Below are positions 18,780 to 25,892 of a stretch of DNA of 64,000 bases, piece by piece. Made by a program: the position numbers and the translations under genes. The number at the start of each line of letters is the position of its first letter. Position 1 is the first letter of the stretch. The stretch comes from Candidatus Sericytochromatia bacterium (GTDB lineage: Bacteria; Cyanobacteriota; Sericytochromatia; S15B-MN24; VGJW01), in the NCBI GenBank assembly GCA_035286125.1, contig JAYKIS010000086.1, positions 7,096 through 71,095 of the forward strand. The letters are read 5' to 3'. Below the pieces are notes generated by a model that was not told the origin of the DNA, did no database searches, and was given only the letters and a program-made list of their open reading frames with translations.

Positions 18780-19837
18780 TGGTCGGTCCGCGCGTGCGGG
18801 GGGCCCTGGGCACCGCCGTCCTCCTTGGTGTCGTGGGTTGCGACCAGGTGGCGACCCAGACCGCCTTCCTGGACCCTTTCCTTTTCCCCGAGCGCAGCCC
18901 CGAGGCCGTGCCGTTTCCGGCGCCCTCGGGACGTACGGGCGTCGTCACCGGCTTTGTCAAGGATGCCAATGGCAATCCCATCGCGGGCGTCAAGGTCTCC
19001 AACGGCTCGGTGTTCACCTACACCGGCAACGGTGTGGACGCCACGACCTTCGACATGGGCCTCAAGGCAGACGGCAAGCCGCGCCAGAACTCGGCTTCGG
19101 ATCCGATTGTCCGCAACAAGGTGACGCCGGCCAAGGGCCAATTCGTGCTGGCCGGACTGCCCTTGCCCGAGTCAGGTCTCGGTAGCGTCACGTTGTCCTT
19201 CACGTTCGATGAGGTCCTTGTCACCCGGCAGGCCGAAGTCCGGACGGCGACCTTCTCGGCGGATATCCCGGCCAGTGCCTCGGTGACGGTCGAAGGCGCC
19301 TTTCAGCCGGTCCTGGTGCCCTTCGGCATCCCGGCCCTGCAGGGCGACATCACCCTTCCCCTGGCCCTGCCGGCCCAGAGTGGCGGTGCCGAGGCCGCGC
19401 GGGTATCCCTGTATGCCCCCGAGTCGCTCGCGTGCGTCGTCGAAGGGAAGTCCGAGCCCACCTTTCCCGTGACAGGTTCACGCGTGGCCTTTGGCCTGCG
19501 CAATCTGCCAGGCGGCAAGGCGGCCATCATCAACGGCATCCGTGTCGAGGTCCGGACACTGGACGGCCAGTTCGTCGTCCAGACGACGCAACCGGTTGAT
19601 TCGGTCCTGCTCGACAATGGCGAAGTCAGCCGTAGCAGTGCCTTGGCCCAGGTGACAGCGGACCTCGCCATCAAGGAACTCGGCAGGGAAGGCAACCCCT
19701 CGCTTGTCATCGCCAAGGTTTTCTTCCTGAAGGATGACGGCTCGGATCTGCGGGGTGCCGACGGGCAGTCGCTCGTGCGCAATATCCCGATCAGGATTGT
19801 CCGCACACCTGAGACGACTCCAGCCGCCACCCCCTAG
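18779..19837 (+). CDS. lipoprotein of unknown function with carboxypeptidase-regulatory-like (CarboxypepD_reg) N-terminal domain
   Basis: Lipobox LLGVVGC. GVVTGFVKDANGNPIAGVKVSNG is typical of the CarboxypepD_reg beta-sandwich. Start overlaps the upstream stop (TGATG at 18777-18781). Confidence 0.7.
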   Translation: MVGPRVRGALGTAVLLGVVGCDQVATQTAFLDPFLFPERSPEAVPFPAPSGRTGVVTGFVKDANGNPIAGVKVSNGSVFTYTGNGVDATTFDMGLKADGKPRQNSASDPIVRNKVTPAKGQFVLAGLPLPESGLGSVTLSFTFDEVLVTRQAEVRTATFSADIPASASVTVEGAFQPVLVPFGIPALQGDITLPLALPAQSGGAEAARVSLYAPESLACVVEGKSEPTFPVTGSRVAFGLRNLPGGKAAIINGIRVEVRTLDGQFVVQTTQPVDSVLLDNGEVSRSSALAQVTADLAIKELGREGNPSLVIAKVFFLKDDGSDLRGADGQSLVRNIPIRIVRTPETTPAATP

Positions 19838-19852
19838 CGCGTCGCGCAGGGT

Positions 19853-21244
19853 TCAGTTGCTGTCGAGGTCGAACTCGGTCTCTACCTGGGTTCCGGAGGC
19901 GCCAAAGGCTTCGAAGCGGTCCTGTTCCGTGTGGAAGATGGCCTTCTGGGCCCTCATGAAGCTGCCGTCGTCCCGCTGGACGAGGACGTCCTGCGTGATC
20001 GTGATGGTCTGGTCGCTGTCCTTGTAGTCGGCTCGCCGGCCCGTGACCCGTCTACCTTTCTGGGCAACGGTCACCATGCTGCCGGTAATCGTCGCGTCGC
20101 TGGTGCGCTGGTCGACGACGAGATGGTCGCCGATGATGACGGTGCGCTCACCAAGGGCCTTGTCCCGATCGGCATCGGGTTGGCTGGTGTCGACGATGCC
20201 TTCCCGCGACAGCCAGTCGCCCTTGATCTGCGTCAGGACCACGTGGTCGTCGAGCGTGACGGTCTGCTTTGCGTGATCCACGCGCGCCCGATCTCCCGTG
20301 GCGTGCTTCTCGCGCTGGATGAAGCGGACCTTGCCGGTGAAGGCCGCGTCCTTCGTCCGGGCCTGGTAATCCATGTGATCGGCCCGGATGACCATGTCCT
20401 CCTTGCGGAAGGCGTTGCGCAGCTTGGACTTGCGGCTCGGGTCGTCCGGGCGGGCCGCCGGATTGCCTACCCGAACCAGCTCTACGTCTCCGTCGACGGT
20501 GATGAGCCGACGATCGTGCTCGTTGCGCATCCGCAGGCCTTGTACCGTCGTGCGCGGCTCACCCTTCTGGTCCTGCACCAGCTCGAAGGGCACGTCGATG
20601 GTCGTGACCCGGGCCTTCTGGTCATAGCGGGCCTCACTGGTCGCGATGACGCTGTCCGACTGGTGGATGCGCACGTTGCCCTTGACCAGGGCCAGGCGGG
20701 TCGCCCGATCGTAACGGACCTGGTCCGAGAGGATTCGGACCGTGCCTTCGGGCAGCGGATCGCCCGGCGGCCGAACCTTGAGGGCACGGATGGGCGGCAA
20801 GGGAGGGTAGGAGACGACCGGCATCGGCGGAGGCAGGGGTACGGTTCCGCCCGGCAGCGCCGGGGGCAGGGGCAGCGGCGAGGCCGCCAGCGCCGGGGGC
20901 AGATTGCGCGGCGCCGGGACAGCGGGAGGCAGGATGCGGGGGCGCAGGGTCGGCTCCGGGGACGTCGGCCTGCCGGGTGGCGCAGCGGCGGGCACCGAGG
21001 CGGGGCGTGCCGACGGGGTCGGCATGGGGCCAGCTGCCTGCGGGGTGAAGCGCGTAGCGGGCACGGGCATTACCGAACCCGTCGTTGGCGCCGGAGGAGC
21101 AGGCCGACGCGGAGCTTCCGGGGCATCCGGAAGATCGTGGGCAAGGACCTTGCCATCGCGCAAGCCCGGCTCAGGGGCGAACGGCACCAGCAGTGTGGCC
21201 AGGCCCAGTCGCAACGCGAGCCGCAGGATCGTGCGTGCCTTCAC
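19853..21244 (-). CDS. LptA/OstA-like periplasmic protein, enlarged, with about 130-aa proline-rich region
   Basis: GTG start 21244 (GTGA overlap). N-terminal hydrophobic segment followed by P-rich low complexity. Repeated OstA-type segments follow (VRILSDQVRYDRATRLALVKGNVRIHQSDSVIATSEARYD; VIRADHMDYQARTKDAAFTGKVRF). Confidence 0.6.
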   Translation of the reverse strand: MKARTILRLALRLGLATLLVPFAPEPGLRDGKVLAHDLPDAPEAPRRPAPPAPTTGSVMPVPATRFTPQAAGPMPTPSARPASVPAAAPPGRPTSPEPTLRPRILPPAVPAPRNLPPALAASPLPLPPALPGGTVPLPPPMPVVSYPPLPPIRALKVRPPGDPLPEGTVRILSDQVRYDRATRLALVKGNVRIHQSDSVIATSEARYDQKARVTTIDVPFELVQDQKGEPRTTVQGLRMRNEHDRRLITVDGDVELVRVGNPAARPDDPSRKSKLRNAFRKEDMVIRADHMDYQARTKDAAFTGKVRFIQREKHATGDRARVDHAKQTVTLDDHVVLTQIKGDWLSREGIVDTSQPDADRDKALGERTVIIGDHLVVDQRTSDATITGSMVTVAQKGRRVTGRRADYKDSDQTITITQDVLVQRDDGSFMRAQKAIFHTEQDRFEAFGASGTQVETEFDLDSN

Positions 21245-21936
21245 CGGCCGACCTCGCCCGCGGAGTCGATGCGTACACGACCCGCCAGCTCGAGGATCTC
21301 GAGTTGGGTGTCCGCCGAAGCCTTGTCGGCCTGCACCAGCATCTTGCCGTCATGGCTCTTGAGGCGCAGCCTCCGGGGCAGGTTCATGCGATGCTCGCGG
21401 ACCTTGTAGCGTGCCTCTTCGGTGGTCAGCGTGTCCTTGTCATCTGTGGTGAACGTCGCTGCCCCACGAATGGTGAGCTCTTCGTAGTCGTTGTCATATT
21501 CCGCTTCGCGTGCTGCCCAGCGAACGGTCCGGACCAGGGGAGACGGCGTCGGCCGCGGAGTCGGCCCCACCACAACGGCCGCGGGTGGCAAGGTCGCGGT
21601 GGGGTCGGACTTCCAGTCCTTGAGGTTGACGAACCGGCCCTTGGGCTTGCCCACGAATTGGATGACGCGCTGGTTCTGGCCCGCCGTCATTTCGGGCACC
21701 TGGATGTCCCAACGCGCCAGGCCCTTGTCCCGACCACGCACCTCGACCTGTTCGAACTGCAACTCGAGTTCGGGGCGCATCGCGGCTTCGACCGGCTTCA
21801 GCAGGGTATTGCGCGGAATCTCGGGACGGCGCAGCCACAAGACGCACGGCACGACGATGACAGCCACGGCCAGCGCAGCCATCAGGCCTTGCCGCCACCG
21901 CACGGGCACGCGGCCCAGCGCCGCAAGGCGATTCAC
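21241..21936 (-). CDS. LptC-like membrane-anchored protein
   Basis: Single N-terminal TM helix (GLMAALAVAVIVVPCVLWL), followed by a beta-rich periplasmic domain. Sits between lnt and the LptA-like gene, with GTGA overlaps on both sides. The call rests mainly on context. Confidence 0.45.
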   Translation of the reverse strand: MNRLAALGRVPVRWRQGLMAALAVAVIVVPCVLWLRRPEIPRNTLLKPVEAAMRPELELQFEQVEVRGRDKGLARWDIQVPEMTAGQNQRVIQFVGKPKGRFVNLKDWKSDPTATLPPAAVVVGPTPRPTPSPLVRTVRWAAREAEYDNDYEELTIRGAATFTTDDKDTLTTEEARYKVREHRMNLPRRLRLKSHDGKMLVQADKASADTQLEILELAGRVRIDSAGEVGR

Positions 21937-23624
21937 CCCCGGGGCTCCGCCATCGGCCCTGCCGCCATCGGCCCTGCCGCCGGCGCACGACCGTAGGCCG
22001 CGAACCAGGCAAGGACCAGGAAGACTCCGGCGAGGCCGATTGGCCAGTCACCATGGGCGCTGTAGGGTGTCACGACGGTCATGGGGACGAAGGATGCGGT
22101 CGCGACGGCCTCCTTGAAGGTCCCCGTCCGGGCGTGGACGCGCCCGTCGGGACCGATGATGCCTGAAACTCCGGTGTTGGCGGCGCGCAGAACCCATCGC
22201 CGGGTCTCGACGGCGCGCAGGATGGCGTGGGCAAAGTGCTGGTGGGGTGCGCTGGTGTCCTTGTACCAGGCGTCATTGGTGACAATCGCGAGGACGTTGG
22301 CCCCTGCTGCCGCATCGGCTCCGAGCGCCGAGGGGAAGATCGAGTCGAAGCAGATGCCCGTGCCGATCTTGCCGCCTGCGTCTCCCAGGTCGAGGGGCAC
22401 GGGGCCTTCGCCCCGCGCGAGATCCTGCGACAGGATGTTCAGTCTGGACAGTACGTCAGGCAGGATGCCCCGGAAGGGCAGGAACTCTCCGAAGGGCACC
22501 AGGTGGCGCTTGGCTTCCCATAGCCACGGTCCCGGGGAACCCCCGAGGACGGTCGCGGCATTCATCAGGGCCGGGGGCTGTCCTTCGGAGTCGGGCCTGG
22601 CGAAGAACGCACCCGTGACGAGTCGTCGTTCGCCGCCGACGGGGAACTGTTCCCGGAGCCGCGCCAGGACGGCCCGCGTGTCGGGTCGGTCGGGCGCGTT
22701 CCAGAGGATCGGAAGGGCCGATTCGGGCCAGACGACCACCCGGCTATCGGCTGAGCGCGACAGTGCGACGTACCGATCGACCATCCTGTCGAGGCGAGCA
22801 GGGTCCCACTTCTGGTCGGAAGGGAAGTTTCCCTGGACCACAGCAGCCGTGACGGCACCCTCCGTGGTTTCGGCCGGGCGGCTGAGATGGCCGATGCCAA
22901 GCCACGCCAGGAACAGCCACGGGACGACCTTGACGACGCCATGACTGCTTCGCCAGCGCTCCACGATGGCTGCGGCGGCAAAGGCGATCAGGCCCCCGAG
23001 GGGATAGGGGCCGACGAGCGAGATGGCCTGCAGGACATGAGGCGTCTCGACCTGGGTCAGGGCGAGGGGACCCCAGGGATAGGCGAGGTCGCCCTGCGCC
23101 TGAAGCCATTCGAAGACCATCCAGGCGCAGGCGGCCAGAAGGGGAATTCCTCCGATGGGCAGTCCACCGGAGCGCCAGCGCCGGACGAGATTGCCGTAGA
23201 GCACGCCGAAGACGGCTGATCCGAAGCCGATGACGACGGCGACACCCACGAGGCAGACGCCAACCACGACCAGGGACAGGTCATACGGGATGCCCAGCCA
23301 CGTTAGGGGATGCATGGCGAGCAGCCAATGATTCAGAACGGCCTGGAAAGCCACTCCGAAGGCCAGACCTGCCTTGAAATCGCCCCGCCAGCCGGCCTCG
23401 CCGCCCAGCACCGCGAGCAGCGGAACGAGGGCGACCCAGGCGACGAGGCCCGGCGCGATGGCCGCAGGGCTGCCCGGCGCGACAAGGCCGGGGAAAGACA
23501 GGCCCAGCAAGAGCCCCCCCAGCGCGGCAAGAATCCAGCCCCGGCGCCCCTGCGGGACCGGAGCTGCCGGGACGGTGGACGTCAGCTCGGATGTCGGGGG
23601 AACGGTCTCCATGGGGAGGGTCAT
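21933..23624 (-). CDS. lnt: apolipoprotein N-acyltransferase
   Basis: Multi-TM N-terminus plus a CN-hydrolase domain (VVWPESALP, KRHLVPFGEFLPF, ICFDSIFP). Start taken as ATG 23624; ATG 23612 is also possible. Confidence 0.85.
   Translation of the reverse strand: MTLPMETVPPTSELTSTVPAAPVPQGRRGWILAALGGLLLGLSFPGLVAPGSPAAIAPGLVAWVALVPLLAVLGGEAGWRGDFKAGLAFGVAFQAVLNHWLLAMHPLTWLGIPYDLSLVVVGVCLVGVAVVIGFGSAVFGVLYGNLVRRWRSGGLPIGGIPLLAACAWMVFEWLQAQGDLAYPWGPLALTQVETPHVLQAISLVGPYPLGGLIAFAAAAIVERWRSSHGVVKVVPWLFLAWLGIGHLSRPAETTEGAVTAAVVQGNFPSDQKWDPARLDRMVDRYVALSRSADSRVVVWPESALPILWNAPDRPDTRAVLARLREQFPVGGERRLVTGAFFARPDSEGQPPALMNAATVLGGSPGPWLWEAKRHLVPFGEFLPFRGILPDVLSRLNILSQDLARGEGPVPLDLGDAGGKIGTGICFDSIFPSALGADAAAGANVLAIVTNDAWYKDTSAPHQHFAHAILRAVETRRWVLRAANTGVSGIIGPDGRVHARTGTFKEAVATASFVPMTVVTPYSAHGDWPIGLAGVFLVLAWFAAYGRAPAAGPMAAGPMAEPRG
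21949..21981 (-). repeat. perfect 15-bp tandem duplication (gccatcggccctgcc x2.2) at the 3' end of lnt
   Basis: Read directly. It encodes AAGPMAAGPMA just before the lnt stop/lptC-like start overlap. Confidence 0.9.
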
Positions 23625-23724
23625 GGTAGCACGGGCCGCCCCACCCCCCGCCGCGGCGGATTCGGTCCCGCAGGCGCCAAGGTATATGATGGGGGCCAGA
23701 CCCCCGGCCGGGTCCGACCCCCGC

Positions 23725-24810
23725 ATGCGGACGCTCGATCGCTACGTCATGGCCGAGCTTTTCCGACCGTTCTTCGTCGGAGTGCTCGGCTTCATCGTCC
23801 TGATGCTCAGCTTCACGCTGTCGAGCTTCACGGACCTGATCTTCACGGCTGGCGCCTCGCCCGGCCCCGTGATGATGTTGCTGCTCTACACGCTGCCCAG
23901 CGTGATGGTGCTGGCCTTTCCCGTGGCCTACCTGTTCTCGAGCCTGCTGGGCATCGGGCGGATGGCCCGGGACTTCGAAATCATCGCGCTCCGGAGCGGC
24001 GGTGTTTCGGTCAAGCGTATCCTGGCGCCTATCCTGCTGGGGGCGGCCCTGGTCTCCATGGCCAATTTCTTTTTCAACGACGTTGTCGTGCCCTGGAGCA
24101 ACCAGCGCATCAAGGAGACCAAGGCCTCGTTGATGAAGGCGTCGCTAAGGCCGGTCATCCGGCCCAATGTGTTCTTCAAGGGCACCGAGAACCGCAGCTT
24201 CTACGTCAAGGCCATCGATCCGCGGACCAGCGAGATGCAGGACATCCTGATCCTGGACCAGGGGCGGCCTGGTTGGCCCCAGTTGATTACTGCCCGCAGG
24301 GGGCGATGGCTCTCGTCCGCGGATACCGGGGTCTGGGAGCTCGAGGACGGCGAGGTCCGCAAGTTCGGGGAAACCGGCCATGTGGACCATGAAATCCGGT
24401 TCCGCAAGCTGCGCATCCAGTTCCGGATGGACAATCCGATGCTCGGGTCCGACCTGGATCCGGCGGGCCTTAATGCCTCGAACCTCGACAAGCAGATCTC
24501 CCAGCTCAAGAAGCAGGGCGGGGATACCCACGCGCTCGAGGTGGCGTACCACATGAAGTTCAGCGTCCCGCTGGCGACCTTCGCCGCCGCGCTGATCTCG
24601 GCCCCACTGGGGATGATTTTCTCGCGCCTGGGTCCCTATATCGGCGTCGCCTTGTCGGTCATCCTGGTCTTCCTCTACTACACGGCCATGCAGACCTTCC
24701 AGGCGATGGGCCAGGCGGGCTACCTGCATCCGGTGCTCGCGGCATGGATGCAGAACCTGGTCTTCGGGATCGTGGGTCTTGTCCTGATGTCCCGGGTGGA
24801 CCGACGATGA
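23725..24810 (+). CDS. lptF: LPS export ABC transporter permease, LptF/LptG (YjgP/YjgQ) family
   Basis: Trimmed to ATG 23725 (MRTLDRYVMAELFRPFFVGVLGFIVLML). Six-TM topology with a large periplasmic loop. Paired with a second family member. Confidence 0.85.
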   Translation: MRTLDRYVMAELFRPFFVGVLGFIVLMLSFTLSSFTDLIFTAGASPGPVMMLLLYTLPSVMVLAFPVAYLFSSLLGIGRMARDFEIIALRSGGVSVKRILAPILLGAALVSMANFFFNDVVVPWSNQRIKETKASLMKASLRPVIRPNVFFKGTENRSFYVKAIDPRTSEMQDILILDQGRPGWPQLITARRGRWLSSADTGVWELEDGEVRKFGETGHVDHEIRFRKLRIQFRMDNPMLGSDLDPAGLNASNLDKQISQLKKQGGDTHALEVAYHMKFSVPLATFAAALISAPLGMIFSRLGPYIGVALSVILVFLYYTAMQTFQAMGQAGYLHPVLAAWMQNLVFGIVGLVLMSRVDRR

Positions 24811-25892
24811 TGTCGGCCATTGCCGATCGCTACATCCTGCGGGAATTGATCCGGCCGTTCCTCGCAGGCGTGGGCGGCTTCCTGGTGATGAACCTCATCA
24901 ACCTGCTCTACATCTATGCCTCGTTGATTGTGCAGAGCGGCGTGCCCGTCGACGTCGTCGCACGGTTGCTGCTCTTCAACCTGCCGGCCATCCTGGTGAT
25001 TACCTTCCCGGTGGCCTATCTCTTCGCGACGCTGATCGCTGTGGGGCGGTTGAGCAGGGACTTCGAGATCGTGGCCCTGCGCGCCTGCGGCGTGAGTTTC
25101 CGGCGCCTGTGCGCCCCGGTGCTGGCGGGTGCCGTGCTGGTCGCGGGGGCGGGCTTCGTCTGCAACGATCAGTTGGTGCCGTGGTCCAACAGGCAGGTGG
25201 TGGACCTGGTCCGGACCCTGATGCTCAAGCAGACCAAGGCCGTATTCAAGGACAACGTCTTCTTCCGCGGCGACGGTGATCGCACGTTCTACGTCCGCCA
25301 GGTCGACGAGCGCACCAATATGCTCTACGACGCCATCGTCATCGATCGCAAGGGTCCCTATGGCGTCGTGCTTACGGCCCGAAACGGCACGTGGAACGGT
25401 ACGCGCTGGGATCTGCAGGATGGTGTCGAGCACCGCTACGGACCTGACGGTGCCTTCGTCGTCGAGGAAACGCCTTTCTCGGTCCGGGCCGTCGAGGTAG
25501 GCCAGGATCCCCAGGCCTACTATCGCAACGGCGAGCTCTCACCTCAGGAGCAGACCTCGGCCGAACTGGGCCAGCAGATCCGCACGCTCAAGGCTGCCGG
25601 CGTCGACACGAAGTCGGCCGAGGTCGACTACCACCTCAAGTTCAGCCTGCCACTTGCGGCCGTGGTGGTGGCCCTGCTGGCTGCGCCCCTCGGGTTCCGC
25701 TTCGGGCGCCTCGGCATCTTCATCGGCGTCTCGCTGACCATCGCCCTCGTGGCCGTCTATTACGTGGTGATGTCCATCTCCCGGTCGATGGGCAACGCCG
25801 GCATGTTGCCGCCGCACTGGGCGGCATGGAGCCAGAACGTCCTCTATGCGGTGGTGGGCACGGGTCTGCTGTGGCGGGTGGACCGACGGTGA
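24807..25892 (+). CDS. lptG: LPS export ABC transporter permease, LptF/LptG (YjgP/YjgQ) family
   Basis: Trimmed to ATG 24807 (MMSAIADRYILRELIRPFLAGVGGFLVMNL). ATGA overlap with the upstream paralogue. Confidence 0.85.
   Translation: MMSAIADRYILRELIRPFLAGVGGFLVMNLINLLYIYASLIVQSGVPVDVVARLLLFNLPAILVITFPVAYLFATLIAVGRLSRDFEIVALRACGVSFRRLCAPVLAGAVLVAGAGFVCNDQLVPWSNRQVVDLVRTLMLKQTKAVFKDNVFFRGDGDRTFYVRQVDERTNMLYDAIVIDRKGPYGVVLTARNGTWNGTRWDLQDGVEHRYGPDGAFVVEETPFSVRAVEVGQDPQAYYRNGELSPQEQTSAELGQQIRTLKAAGVDTKSAEVDYHLKFSLPLAAVVVALLAAPLGFRFGRLGIFIGVSLTIALVAVYYVVMSISRSMGNAGMLPPHWAAWSQNVLYAVVGTGLLWRVDRR

Noticed and set aside
23625-23724. Divergent lnt/lptF promoter at GGTATATGAT (about 23681-23690)
   Set aside because: A -10-like TATATG/TATGAT is present, but no acceptable -35 lies at 16-18 bp on either strand. 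This is too weak to list as a feature.
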